Assembly: GCA_965214605.1 (NCBI GenBank)
Contig: OZ243961.1
Location: 2,831,008-2,895,007 of the forward strand
Length of the DNA stretch: 64,000 bases
Direction of reading: 5' to 3'
Origin: an uncultured Candidatus Binatia bacterium
GTDB taxonomy: Bacteria > Desulfobacterota > Binatia > Bin18
Position numbers and translations under genes: made by a program. Under the pieces are notes generated by a model. The model searched no databases. It was not told the DNA's origin and saw only the letters and a list, made by a program, of their open reading frames with translations. Shown in pieces: positions 1 to 9,916 of the stretch. The number at the start of each line of letters is the position of its first letter. Position 1 is the first letter of the stretch.

Positions 1-2
1 TT

Positions 3-167
3 CACGACAAGGTTGCAGCCCAATTTCCCAGAGCTTTTGCTCACTATGCCGGACTGTGTCAGCATCCGGCGTTTCGGCCTGACGTGGCACCCTATGTGGA
101 GAAGCTAGAACGCAATAGTGCCAAGGATGGGGCGCGTGGAAGTCAGAGTCCCGATATGGTGTCTTGA
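3..167 (+). CDS. 3' end of an unidentified gene running in from the left window edge (partial)
   Basis: Frame 3 is open from the window edge to a TGA at 165-167 and encodes ...HDKVAAQFPRAFAHYAGLCQHPAFRPDVAPYVEKLERNSAKDGARGSQSPDMVS. The 3' end overlaps the next gene convergently. No family recognised. Confidence 0.25.
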   Translation, partial: HDKVAAQFPRAFAHYAGLCQHPAFRPDVAPYVEKLERNSAKDGARGSQSPDMVS

Positions 168-1036
168 GGGACGGGGAGAGGTGAGCCGGCCCTGCGCAGG
201 TATACCCCCTCTCTTATTTGCTCTGAGGCCTGTTGTATGATGGAGCGGCAGTCACAAAAGGACGTGTCTAAGAGTGCGGCATTGCGTTCACGGAACTGTG
301 GATCCCGCCTCTTGTCAGGCAGAGGAACAAAAAACACCCCCTGCACAAAGTCGCTATCTTTGAGCCGCTGTAACAGGCCTCTGCGGCCCAGTTTGCGCAA
401 CGCAACAGCCATGAGCTTCCCGAGTGCAGATAACAGGACGTTTCTTGCGGAGACAGACTCGTTGACAATGTGTCGCTCGGTCTGGAGACACGGAGTGGTC
501 CCGCACAGAGAGGTCAGCACATCCAGAGCAGTTGCGGTGTGCTTGGTCAGGGTCGAGAAAGAGATGGTGAGAACATCGACATCAAGCCGATAGATGTTGA
601 CGAGTTGCTCTGGTTGAAGCCTATCCCGTACGACGGCGTCCTCTAAGAGCCGCGGACTGATCCAGGCCTGCCAATACCCTCGACTCTTTCTAAACCGGAG
701 CATTGAAGCAGCACGCGCACGGTGTCTCCTGAAGAGCACGACAAGCAGGAGCCGATGACCGCTGCGTTTGAGCGCCTCAACACCTGTAGAGAGCAAAGGA
801 TCTTTGTAGGCGAGATTGGCGATGTCGGCCACTATGGCTTTGTTGCCAGCGTTTCGTTGGGACCACACCCGCTTGAATTGTTTTGGCGACCGGTAGTAAT
901 AGGCCTCTTTCGACTCCAGAAATGCAAAGCCTGGGTGATGTTTCAGGTTCTCGTACAGGAATGTACTCCCGGACCGGCCTGGCCCTATCACGAGCAGATA
1001 ATCGTACCTCACGGGACGGCTCAGCTTATCGCACAA
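143..1036 (-). CDS. Sulfotransferase-family protein (PAPS-dependent)
   Basis: 297-aa ORF. The N-terminal LLVIGPGRSGSTFL matches the 5'-phosphosulfate-binding P-loop of sulfotransferases, and there is an RSP/K motif further on. It overlaps the upstream GT2 gene by 11 nt, so the two form an operon. Confidence 0.6.
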   Translation of the reverse strand: MCDKLSRPVRYDYLLVIGPGRSGSTFLYENLKHHPGFAFLESKEAYYYRSPKQFKRVWSQRNAGNKAIVADIANLAYKDPLLSTGVEALKRSGHRLLLVVLFRRHRARAASMLRFRKSRGYWQAWISPRLLEDAVVRDRLQPEQLVNIYRLDVDVLTISFSTLTKHTATALDVLTSLCGTTPCLQTERHIVNESVSARNVLLSALGKLMAVALRKLGRRGLLQRLKDSDFVQGVFFVPLPDKRRDPQFRERNAALLDTSFCDCRSIIQQASEQIREGVYLRRAGSPLPVPQDTISGL

Positions 1037-2054
1037 CGCTGGGCCGTTTCCCCTTCTTCCAAATCGGGCAGAAGAAGCCGACTCCCCAACTCAGGTGCAT
1101 GGTAGCTAGGATTAAGGGGAGAAGGAAGGTGCAGGGGGCACGGCGATGAAAACCGACGGCCAACGACCCGACCACCAGGGTGGAAAGGTAGACGAGGGGC
1201 AGCGCACTCGCCATCTGTATGAATCCGGAGCCGGCTAACACCACCGAGGCTATGAGACCGAGCACCAACAGCGGAGCGGCGAGCTGCCGGGGCCGCAGCG
1301 AAGTTGGATGCTTGCTTAACATAACCCGTTTCCACCGACCATAGTCGAAGTACTGCCGCGCCAGTGTCCGAAGGTTGCCGCGGGGCCGGTAGAGAACTAC
1401 CAGTTTGGGATCGAACCAGACCCTTCTGCCCCGCTTGCGCAGTCGCCAGTTGAGTTCGGCGTCCTGATTTCGCATTAAGGTCGGGTCGAATCCCCCCACC
1501 GCTTCCAGCTCCTCCCGTCGAAATGCCCCCAAGTAGACGGTGTCGGTGGGTCCCTCGACCCCTCCTAGCCGGTAGCGTGCGTCTCCCACCCCTAGGGGGG
1601 TAGTCATGGCGATCACCAGCGCCCGTTCGAATGTGGAAGTCCCGATAGGCTGTTGTTTGCCGCCGACGTTGGCCGCTCCGGTTCTCTCCAGTGTCTCGAC
1701 AACCCGTTGCAGGTAGCCGGGTGGAAGCACCGCATGGGCGTCGCACCGCACGATGATCTGACCTATTGCCTTTCGAATCGCGCGGTTGAGGCCGGCCGAG
1801 GTGGACTGGGCCGGATTAGGGATCACGTGCACTGTCGGATACGCGCAGCGGACTAGCTCCGCGGTCGCCTCGGTATCAGACCCATCGGCCAGGAGCACTT
1901 CTACTAGACCCGCGTATTCTTGGGATAATACCGAATCAAGCGTAGCGGCAATAACCGCTTCCGCATTCCGGGCCGGGATAACCACCGAGACTGAGGGATT
2001 GGGAGAAGTAAGAGAGGCAGATGTCACAGCCTGCTGGTCATTAGCGCTCACCAT
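1026..2054 (-). CDS. Family 2 glycosyltransferase (GT-A fold) with C-terminal transmembrane region
   Basis: 342 aa. Starts VSVVIPARNAE...TLDSVLSQ, has a DGSD(DxD-like) motif and a central DAH/QDAELNWRL region typical of GT2. The C-terminal approximately 80 aa are hydrophobic. Confidence 0.7.
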   Translation of the reverse strand: MVSANDQQAVTSASLTSPNPSVSVVIPARNAEAVIAATLDSVLSQEYAGLVEVLLADGSDTEATAELVRCAYPTVHVIPNPAQSTSAGLNRAIRKAIGQIIVRCDAHAVLPPGYLQRVVETLERTGAANVGGKQQPIGTSTFERALVIAMTTPLGVGDARYRLGGVEGPTDTVYLGAFRREELEAVGGFDPTLMRNQDAELNWRLRKRGRRVWFDPKLVVLYRPRGNLRTLARQYFDYGRWKRVMLSKHPTSLRPRQLAAPLLVLGLIASVVLAGSGFIQMASALPLVYLSTLVVGSLAVGFHRRAPCTFLLPLILATMHLSWGVGFFCPIWKKGKRPSVVR

Positions 2055-2260
2055 GTCAAATTTTCCTGCATTAGGTCCATTTTACCCAACCTAGAGACAA
2101 TGGATTAAAGCCCATGCTGAGCGCAGGGAACTACAGAAGACTATAGGGACCATTTCAAGATGGCAAGACCCCTAACGACCCCCGTCTCTGAGGAGCTGCT
2201 CCCAGCCATAATTGATTGCCTGGTGTCCCTCTGGCACAATAGCTTACTCTGGACGGAGGG

Positions 2261-4084
2261 ATGACTACACAGTCGTTCCTCCTTTTCCGTATGGAGGGCA
2301 AGGGAGACACTGTGGAATCTTTAGGCGACTGGCGGCGGAGCTGCCTCTGTGGAGTTCCTCGGAGCAACCAGGTGGGGCAAGAGATAGTCCTGATGGGCTG
2401 GGTCCACTCCCAGCGCGACCACGGCGGCGTCACCTTTATTGACCTGCGTGACCGTTCGGGGCTGGTCCAGATTGTGTGCAGTCCCCAGGTCAGTCCGGCT
2501 GCCCATAACCGGGCCAAACTCCTGCGGGCCGAGTTTGTGGTGGCCGCCCGGGGCCGGCTGGAGCGGCGCTCGGCCGAAACGATCAACTCGAATCTGCCGA
2601 CCGGCGAGGTTGAGCTGGTCGTCGATGAGTTGCGAATTTTGAATCCCTCCCAGACTCCGCCCTTTCCGATTGAGGACGACCCCGAGCCTAGCGAAAATAC
2701 CCGTCTACGCTATCGCTATCTGGATCTGCGGCGGCCAAAGATGTTTGAAAATCTCCGTCTGCGCCACCGTCTGGCCAAAATTGTCCGGGATTATCTGGAT
2801 GGTGAAGAATTTTTGGAAATTGAAACGCCGATCCTGACCCGCAGCACCCCCGAAGGCGCGCGGGACTATTTGGTGCCGAGTCGCGTGAATCCAGGTGCTT
2901 TTTTTGCCCTGCCCCAGTCTCCACAGCTGTTCAAACAGCTCTTGATGGTCAGCAGCTTGGATAAGTATTTCCAGATTGTACGCTGCTTTCGGGATGAAGA
3001 TCTGCGGGCTGACCGCCAGCCGGAGTTTACTCAGATTGATGTTGAAATGTCGTTTGTCCGACCCAATGACATTTTTCGTCTGATCGAAGGTATGATGATC
3101 CGGCTGTGCCGGGAGGTCAAGGGCTTTGAGCCGCCTACCCCGTTTCTGCGCTTGCCGTATGCCGAGGCCATGGCGCGCTACGGGACTGATAAACCGGATA
3201 TCCGGTTTGGTCTGGAGCTGCAGGAGCTGACCGAACTGTTCAAAAACACCGACATCAAAGTCTTCCGCGACGTGGTTGCCAGTGGCGGAGTTGTCCGCGG
3301 GATTGTCGTACCAAATGCAGGATTTTCGCGCAAAGAGATCGACGATCTGACGCCGCTGGCGATCAGCTTTGGGGCCAAAGGTTTGGCTTGGTTTCGGATG
3401 ACCGCGGCTGGCTGGCAGTCTCCTCTGGCCAAGTTTGTCGACGACCAGGATAAACAGGCTATTACAGCGGCGCTGGAGCTGAAAGAGGGCGACCTCGTGG
3501 TGATCGTGGCCGATACCAAACCGGTGGTGTGCGACGTCTTGTCCCGGCTGCGGCTGCACCTCGGAGACGCCTTAGGACTCATTCCTACACAGGAGTTCAA
3601 CTTCCTGTGGGTGACGGATTTTCCGCTCCTCGAGTATGATGCCGAGACCAAACGGTATACCGCCATGCACCATCCGTTTACCTCTCCGCACGACGATGAT
3701 GTCCCCCTGTTGGAGACCGCCCCCGGAAAAGCCCGTGCCTTTGCCTATGACCTCGTCCTCAACGGCGTGGAGCTGGGCGGGGGCAGTATAAGAATTCATA
3801 GCCAGGACATCCAGCAACAGATCTTTGCCCTGTTAGGCATAAACGAGGTCGAGGCGCAGGAGAAATTCGGTTTTCTGATGGAGGCGCTGTCATATGGGGC
3901 TCCCCCACACGGGGGGATTGCGTTGGGTTTCGACCGCTTAGCCATGCTGTTTGCCGGGGCCGACTCGCTGCGCGAGGTGATTGCCTTTCCCAAGACCGCC
4001 AAGGCCGTATGTTTGATGACAAACGCCCCTAATCGGGTTGATACCAAGCAGCTACACGAACTCAATATCAAAGTGGCCGAGTGA
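2261..4084 (+). CDS. aspS: Aspartyl-tRNA synthetase
   Basis: 607 aa. Class II aaRS motifs are present (FRDEDLRADRQPEFTQIDVE, GGGSIRIH, GLDRLAML) and it aligns with bacterial AspRS. GGAGGG Shine-Dalgarno sits before the ATG at 2261. There is an N-terminal extension of about 25 aa, and an alternative ATG at 2291. Confidence 0.9.
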   Translation: MTTQSFLLFRMEGKGDTVESLGDWRRSCLCGVPRSNQVGQEIVLMGWVHSQRDHGGVTFIDLRDRSGLVQIVCSPQVSPAAHNRAKLLRAEFVVAARGRLERRSAETINSNLPTGEVELVVDELRILNPSQTPPFPIEDDPEPSENTRLRYRYLDLRRPKMFENLRLRHRLAKIVRDYLDGEEFLEIETPILTRSTPEGARDYLVPSRVNPGAFFALPQSPQLFKQLLMVSSLDKYFQIVRCFRDEDLRADRQPEFTQIDVEMSFVRPNDIFRLIEGMMIRLCREVKGFEPPTPFLRLPYAEAMARYGTDKPDIRFGLELQELTELFKNTDIKVFRDVVASGGVVRGIVVPNAGFSRKEIDDLTPLAISFGAKGLAWFRMTAAGWQSPLAKFVDDQDKQAITAALELKEGDLVVIVADTKPVVCDVLSRLRLHLGDALGLIPTQEFNFLWVTDFPLLEYDAETKRYTAMHHPFTSPHDDDVPLLETAPGKARAFAYDLVLNGVELGGGSIRIHSQDIQQQIFALLGINEVEAQEKFGFLMEALSYGAPPHGGIALGFDRLAMLFAGADSLREVIAFPKTAKAVCLMTNAPNRVDTKQLHELNIKVAE

Positions 4085-4119
4085 TCGCTCGGGGGCAACC
4101 CGATCTGGAGAGTGAACCG

Positions 4120-5523
4120 ATGGGGAAGTTACCCCACTGGGGGCGATGTTTGTCCGTCCTCCTGTCTCTTTCCCTGACCCTCCTGCTCCTCCCTCCAGCC
4201 CGAGAGGCGGCTCCGAGTACCGTTGCCCCGCCAACCCCCTGCGGCGGTCTATCGACCGAGAGTTTTACTCTCCGGCCGGACGACCCGCGCTGGCCAGCCT
4301 TTCTCGCCTGGGCCAGGGAGCGGCGTCTTTTCACCTTCACCCTAGTCGGTTTTACCGCGTCGGGCCTCAGCGTCCACTGGGCAACGGGCACGCAGTGGGA
4401 AACACAGGTGACGCTGCCCGTGGGGCAAGCCCTAGCCCATCTGATCGCCGAATGGCGGTGGCAGGATACGGATTTCCCCGAGTTTTTTGCCCCGCGGGGC
4501 GGTATGTACGGGGTGAATCTGGCCGAGCGTCTGGCCCTGCTTGATACCGACACCCTCGCGGCCTGGCGGATATTTTTCGACACCCTGCCGGCCAACGCGC
4601 CCCTCTCCGCTCATCTGTCTGCCGTTGCTCCAGACGGACAGTCTGCCGAGGTCACGTTCGGCTCAGACCGCGTTGTCACTTACTCGGCCCAGCGCGTGGT
4701 GCTTGACCTCAGCAGCTTTTTGACCGACTGTCGTCTCTCCCCATTTTTTGAAGCCGCTGACCAGAGCGGAGGTCGGGTCAGCCAAAGGCGTGGCCTGACA
4801 CGCCAGCAGGACGCCACTCCGCTCCGCCACCCCAGCCCCTCCCCCCACCGTGGCCAGGTGCTCTACGAACAGCAGTGCGCCGGTTGTCATGGGATTGAGG
4901 GCGACGGCCAGGGCGTCGTTGCAGCACATCTGACTCCTCGACCACGCGATTTTACCCGCGCCCTTTTTCGTTATCGCTCGACCCCAACCGGCCAGCTCCC
5001 GACGGATGAAGATTTACACCGCTCGGTAACGCACGGCTTGGCTGGCAGCGGGATGCCCGCGTTTGGGGCTTTTCTCAGCCCAGCCGACATCCGCGACATG
5101 GTGGGCTACGTGAAGCAGTTTTCTCCTCGTTTTGAGCGGGAAAGCCCCCCGCGCCGGCTCGACATCCTAACCCCGCCTGCGGTGTCTGCAGAGCGCGCGG
5201 CGCGTGGCGCGCAGCTCTACCAAGACTCGGGCTGCGCAAGTTGTCATGGCGATACAGGGAAAGGCGACGGCCGTTCCGGACAAGATCTGAAAACCTCTGA
5301 AGGAGAGCCGATTGCGCCCCGGGATCTGACGGATAAATGGCGCTTCCGCGGTGGCTATAGCGCCCAGGCGGTGTTTCAGCGTTTGGCGACAGGCATGGAT
5401 GGGTCATCAATGGCGTCGTACAGCGATGCGCTGACGGAAGACCAAATGTGGGATCTCGTGTTTTATGTCCTGACCTTATCGCCTCGGGAAAGGCCGCAGG
5501 CGAGAGCAGATACGACACCCTAA
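4120..5523 (+). CDS. Secreted di-heme c-type cytochrome with large N-terminal domain of unknown function
   Basis: Two CXXCH motifs (CAGCHG and CASCHG) lie in the C-terminal half. The N-terminus is a signal peptide (MGKLPHWGRCLSVLLSLSLTLLLLP). GGAGAG Shine-Dalgarno is 7 nt upstream of the ATG at 4120. The track's longer ORF starts at a GTG at 4081 that overlaps the aspS stop. Confidence 0.7.
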   Translation: MGKLPHWGRCLSVLLSLSLTLLLLPPAREAAPSTVAPPTPCGGLSTESFTLRPDDPRWPAFLAWARERRLFTFTLVGFTASGLSVHWATGTQWETQVTLPVGQALAHLIAEWRWQDTDFPEFFAPRGGMYGVNLAERLALLDTDTLAAWRIFFDTLPANAPLSAHLSAVAPDGQSAEVTFGSDRVVTYSAQRVVLDLSSFLTDCRLSPFFEAADQSGGRVSQRRGLTRQQDATPLRHPSPSPHRGQVLYEQQCAGCHGIEGDGQGVVAAHLTPRPRDFTRALFRYRSTPTGQLPTDEDLHRSVTHGLAGSGMPAFGAFLSPADIRDMVGYVKQFSPRFERESPPRRLDILTPPAVSAERAARGAQLYQDSGCASCHGDTGKGDGRSGQDLKTSEGEPIAPRDLTDKWRFRGGYSAQAVFQRLATGMDGSSMASYSDALTEDQMWDLVFYVLTLSPRERPQARADTTP

Positions 5524-5541
5524 TAAGGAGAGGAGGTCCGT

Positions 5542-6375
5542 GTGGGAAAACTCGATGGACGGACGGCAATGATCACGGGTGGGGCAAGTGGGATTGGTGC
5601 GGCAACGGTAGGACTGTTTGTTGAAGAAGGGGCCCGGGTGCTGATTGCAGACCTCCAGGAAGAAAAGGGGCGGCAGCTGGCCGCTAGTCTGGGAGAAAAC
5701 GCCGCCTTCCTCAAGGTGAATGTGACCCGCGAGGCAGACATACAGGGGGCGATTGCTGGCCTGGTGTCGCGCTGGGGCCGGCTTGACTGTGTGTATAACA
5801 ATGCGGGGTTTGGGGGAGCCCTGGGTCCGATTGAGACGACCGAGGTTGAAGACTACGATATGACCTTTGACGTGTTGCTCAAGAGCGTCTTTTTGGGCAT
5901 GAAGCATGCCGCTTCGGTAATGAAGCGGCAGCGTGCCGGCAGCATTATCAGTACGGCGAGTGCTGCTGGCCTGGAAGCCGGTATGGCGCCCCATCTATAC
6001 AGCGTTGCCAAGGCCGGAGTCGTGCAGCTGACAAAGTCTGTGGCCCTAGAACTGGGCGAGTACGGGATTCGAGTTAATTGTATTTGTCCGGGGGCAATTG
6101 TGACACCGCTGGCGGTCGGTCGGCCCGAACCTCGAACGGATCAGGTGCAGGCCCTGCGGGAAAATGCCGCCCGCATGCACGCCCTCAATCGGGTGGGGGA
6201 GCCCGAAGAAATTGCGCGGGCCGCACTGTGGCTAGCGAGTGACGATTCGAGCTTTGTGACAGGCCAGGCCTTAGCCGTTGACGGCGGGGTGACGGCTGGC
6301 CGGCCGTGGCGTAGCCTGCCGGAGTTTCAGCGCACCCCGCACCCGATTCGGATGTACCGCCTGCCCGAGGAATGA
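5542..6375 (+). CDS. SDR-family short-chain dehydrogenase/reductase
   Basis: TGGASGIG Rossmann motif, NNAG motif and YxxxK catalytic motif (YSVAKAG). Strong AGGAGAGGAGG Shine-Dalgarno before a GTG start. Confidence 0.85.
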   Translation: MGKLDGRTAMITGGASGIGAATVGLFVEEGARVLIADLQEEKGRQLAASLGENAAFLKVNVTREADIQGAIAGLVSRWGRLDCVYNNAGFGGALGPIETTEVEDYDMTFDVLLKSVFLGMKHAASVMKRQRAGSIISTASAAGLEAGMAPHLYSVAKAGVVQLTKSVALELGEYGIRVNCICPGAIVTPLAVGRPEPRTDQVQALRENAARMHALNRVGEPEEIARAALWLASDDSSFVTGQALAVDGGVTAGRPWRSLPEFQRTPHPIRMYRLPEE

Positions 6376-6937
6376 GTGAGACGGGGACGGTCCCGAGGCA
6401 CTCGGCAATGTGAAAAGAATCGCGGCGGTCAGGGCGATGGTAGTGGCAGTCGTCCAAGTGTGGAGTGTATGGCCGCCTTTGAGCTCTGTGTGCTCGGCAA
6501 GTTCTTTTTCGCTTCCACGGTTCATTCTGGAGCTTGGTGAGCGCCGTTGCTGTAGCCTGCGGCGTCTTTGTCTCGCTTGAAGGCGTTGTCGGACAAGCGC
6601 CAACGCTTGCCCGCGTTCCTGTCGCCCCCCGACCCTCTCTCTCACCAAATTCGCGCCTGCTGAAAGCTACCTTTTCGCCCAGAGCACTCTCTTGAGTGCC
6701 CGACCAAGATATTTTGTTGGGAGAGGACGGCAGTGGTTTTGTCTGAACAGGCGCAGTGCAGACACAATAGCGATTGAACGTCTCTGAAGAAGGCGTGTGG
6801 GAAGAGCCGGATGATATTAAGGAGCATGGCTCCCGTTGCGAGTGGAGATTCCCCTTTGGGTTGGTTTGAGACGCTTCGTGTCGATGGAGCCGTAAAGCGT
6901 CGGTCCAACGATCTTCTTCCCCCTGTACTCTTTCTTG

Positions 6938-7615
6938 TCAGTGAGGGGAGGAAGGCAGCGGTCTGTGTCGCGGTCCATTCTCCTGCTGCGCCTCTTTGCG
7001 GGCCTTTTTACCCAGATATCCGCCGTGGTGGAATTTTGCGTAGTCGGCCTTGGTAAAGCGTTTTCTGTCCATCAATACAAGCGCAAGCGCGTCGCCTAGC
7101 GCCATCATCGCCGTTGTACTCGACGACGGGGTCAGGCCGAGTGAACAGGCTTCTTTGATCGTACCAATACTCAACACCACGTCACTCTGGCGGGCGATAG
7201 GAGAACGCGGATGGCTGGTAATGGCGATGAGCGGCATGCGGTTGAGCGCCTTGGCTCGATCGAGCATTTCGATCACTTCTCGCGTTTTGCCGCTATTGGA
7301 GAAGGTGATCATCACATCGTCTTTGGTGACCAGGCCAAGATCGCCATGGGCGGCTTCTCCAGGATGCAGAAAACAGGCCGGGGTGCCGGTCGATGACAGG
7401 GTGGTGGCAATTTTCAGCGCCACGATTCCGACTTTGCCCATACCGGTGGTGATGACCTTGCCTTTGCAGTTCTGCAAGAGGTGGACCGCATGGAGAAAGT
7501 TGGCGTTGAGCGGAATGGCCCGAATGGCCTCTGCCTCAGCGTTGAGAATAGCCTGAGCCCGGGTGAGTTCGGGTGGTGGATCGGGTGACTTCTTCAGTTT
7601 CTTGTGAGTCGGCAT
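6938..7615 (-). CDS. SIS-domain sugar-phosphate isomerase (KpsF/KdsD-like arabinose-5-phosphate isomerase, SIS domain only)
   Basis: 225 aa. The stretch KVITTGMGKVGIVALKIATTLSSTGTPACFLHPGEAAHGDLGLV matches the KdsD/KpsF SIS domain. No CBS pair is present, so the ORF is shorter than full-length KdsD. Confidence 0.65.
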   Translation of the reverse strand: MPTHKKLKKSPDPPPELTRAQAILNAEAEAIRAIPLNANFLHAVHLLQNCKGKVITTGMGKVGIVALKIATTLSSTGTPACFLHPGEAAHGDLGLVTKDDVMITFSNSGKTREVIEMLDRAKALNRMPLIAITSHPRSPIARQSDVVLSIGTIKEACSLGLTPSSSTTAMMALGDALALVLMDRKRFTKADYAKFHHGGYLGKKARKEAQQENGPRHRPLPSSPH

Positions 7616-7617
7616 CG

Positions 7618-9702
7618 TTACTTGTGCGCCCGTGTCCGGCGGCTGCTCGGGACTTTCTTTGCCGTCCGACGGGGAGCCACTTCAGGCGTTCCGGTCGGGG
7701 CAGACAGCCCGAGGCTCTGCTGTTCCAAGACATGTAGACGGTTACGCAGCTCGGCGGCTTCTTCAAACTCTAGGGCGGCCGCGGCATGCTGCATGGCTTT
7801 GCGGGTCTGTTCGATGTGTTTGGCCAACTGCTGGGCGGACAGATATTCTTGGCTCTCCTTGGCAACGGACGGAAGGTCTCCATAGTCGGCTTCGGAGACC
7901 TTGACCAAGGGCGAAGTCAGGGCTTTCTGGATACTTTGCGGCGTGATCTTGTGCCGTTTGTTGTGGGCCGCCTGAATGCGGCGCCGGCGCTCCGTCTCGT
8001 CAAGCGCCCGGCGCATGGAGACGGTGAGCGTATCCGCGTACATCAGGACTTGGCCGTTAACATTGCGGGCGGCCCGGCCAATGGTCTGGATCAGGGAGCG
8101 CTCAGAGCGCAGATAGCCCTCTTTATCGGCGTCGAGAATAGCCACCAAGGACACCTCAGGGATATCCAACCCTTCGCGCAGGAGATTAATCCCGATCAAC
8201 ACGTCAAACGTGCCGCGCCGCAGGGCGCGAAGGATTTCGACCCGCTCAATAGTGTCGATGTCCGAGTGCAAATAGCGGACTTTAATGCCGATATCTTGGT
8301 AATAATCGGTCAGATCTTCGGCCAGACGTTTGGTCAAGGTCGTGGCCATGACCCGCTCGCCCTTTTCCACCCGTTTGCGGATTTCTTCCAGCAGGTCATC
8401 AACCTGGTCGTTGGCTGGCCGGACAACAACTTCGGGGTCGAGTAGGCCGGTCGGGCGGATCAGTTGCTCGACCACGTGCCGCTGACTTTTGTCCAGCTCA
8501 TAATCACCGGGTGTGGCCGAGACATAGATGGCCTGACCTAGCTTGCGCTCAAATTCCTGGAAGCTGAGCGGCCGATTATCAATTGCCGAAGGAAGCCGAA
8601 AACCGTATTCCACCAAGGTGGTCTTGCGCGAGCGGTCACCCCGGTACATGCCACCGATTTGCGGAATAGTGACATGGCTCTCATCAATGAAGAGCAGATA
8701 ATCGTCGGGAAAGTAATCGATCAAGGTGTAGGGCGGCTCGCCCGGCTGTCTGCCGTCCAGATGCCGGGAGTAGTTCTCAATGCCCGGACAGAAGCCCATC
8801 TCGGCTAACAAGGCCAGATCATAGAGGGTTCGTTGTTCTAGGCGCTGGGCTTCCAGAAGCTTGTTTTCGGCTCGCAACTCCTCGAGTTGTTGGTCGAGTT
8901 CGGCGCGGATTGAAGCTGCCGCAGTCCGGGTGCGGCTTGAGGTGGTGACATAGTGACTGGCCGGATAAATGGTGGCTTTATCCAGACGACGCAACACTTT
9001 TCCCCGGAGGGGGTCAATCTCCACCACCGCCTCGACGCTGTCGCCAAAGAACTCAATCCGGACAGCTCTGTTCTCCTCGTAGGCTGGGAACACCTCGACA
9101 ACGTCGCCGCGCACCCGAAAGGTGCCACGATGAAAGTCGAAATCGTTCCGTTGGTACTGGATGTTAACAAGTTTACGCAGCAGGGCGTCACGATCGACCT
9201 CGGTGTTTTCCTCAACAAACACGATCAGATCAAAATACGACTCGGGAGACCCTAGGCCATAGATGCAGGAGACGCTAGCAACGATGATGGTATCGCGGCG
9301 CTCTAACAACGCCTTGGTGGCCGAGTGGCGCATCTTGTCGATCTCTTCGTTGATGGCCGCGTCTTTTTCAATATATGTATCGCTCTGAGGAACATACGCC
9401 TCCGGCTGGTAGTAGTCGTAGTAACTGACAAAATACCGCACGGCATTGTGGGGAAAGAGCTCGGCAAACTCAGCGTACAGCTGGGCCGCGAGCGTCTTGT
9501 TCGGGGCGATGATGAGGGCTGGTCGGTTTGATCGGGCAATGACATGGGCCATTGAGAAGGTCTTGCCCGAGCCGGTAACGCCAAGCAAGACTTGATGCTG
9601 GCGGCCCTGGTTGAGTCCCTCAACGAGGGCATCAATCGCCTGGGGCTGATCGCCCTGGGGCTGAAAATCCGAAATGAGCTGAAATGTGTCTTCCCGCTGC
9701 AT
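7618..9702 (-). CDS. uvrB: Excinuclease ABC subunit B
   Basis: Helicase motifs ([13 protein letters not shown]), the UvrB interaction domain and a C-terminal UVR domain ([14 protein letters not shown]). Probable start is the ATG at 9702 (MQREDTF...); the track ORF extends to a TTG at 9720. Confidence 0.95.
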   Translation of the reverse strand: MQREDTFQLISDFQPQGDQPQAIDALVEGLNQGRQHQVLLGVTGSGKTFSMAHVIARSNRPALIIAPNKTLAAQLYAEFAELFPHNAVRYFVSYYDYYQPEAYVPQSDTYIEKDAAINEEIDKMRHSATKALLERRDTIIVASVSCIYGLGSPESYFDLIVFVEENTEVDRDALLRKLVNIQYQRNDFDFHRGTFRVRGDVVEVFPAYEENRAVRIEFFGDSVEAVVEIDPLRGKVLRRLDKATIYPASHYVTTSSRTRTAAASIRAELDQQLEELRAENKLLEAQRLEQRTLYDLALLAEMGFCPGIENYSRHLDGRQPGEPPYTLIDYFPDDYLLFIDESHVTIPQIGGMYRGDRSRKTTLVEYGFRLPSAIDNRPLSFQEFERKLGQAIYVSATPGDYELDKSQRHVVEQLIRPTGLLDPEVVVRPANDQVDDLLEEIRKRVEKGERVMATTLTKRLAEDLTDYYQDIGIKVRYLHSDIDTIERVEILRALRRGTFDVLIGINLLREGLDIPEVSLVAILDADKEGYLRSERSLIQTIGRAARNVNGQVLMYADTLTVSMRRALDETERRRRIQAAHNKRHKITPQSIQKALTSPLVKVSEADYGDLPSVAKESQEYLSAQQLAKHIEQTRKAMQHAAAALEFEEAAELRNRLHVLEQQSLGLSAPTGTPEVAPRRTAKKVPSSRRTRAHK

Positions 9703-9916
9703 AACTCTCCATCCTAGCAAGAATCCAAAAGAAAGCAGAGAGTGGTCGGCCGTATGGGGGGAATCACGCGGGGGCGGACAAGATGGACGATGATGAGCAT
9801 CTGAGCACAGGCGTCCACCTTGGTTGCAAAATGGCCGAGCTTATGGCTGACTACACGGAGAGAGCTTGATGAGTCGGACGCTCTTTTACTGACTCTTCTG
9901 GGAGGTACAAGACAGC

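Noticed and set aside
2705-3666. 284-aa and 162-aa minus-strand ORFs inside aspS
   Set aside because: Antisense to aspS, with low-complexity Arg/Pro-rich translations. Artefacts.
7786-8445. 219-aa ORF on the plus strand (and several others) antisense to uvrB
   Set aside because: It lies entirely antisense to a confidently identified uvrB, in a high-GC genome where long antisense ORFs are common. No motifs.
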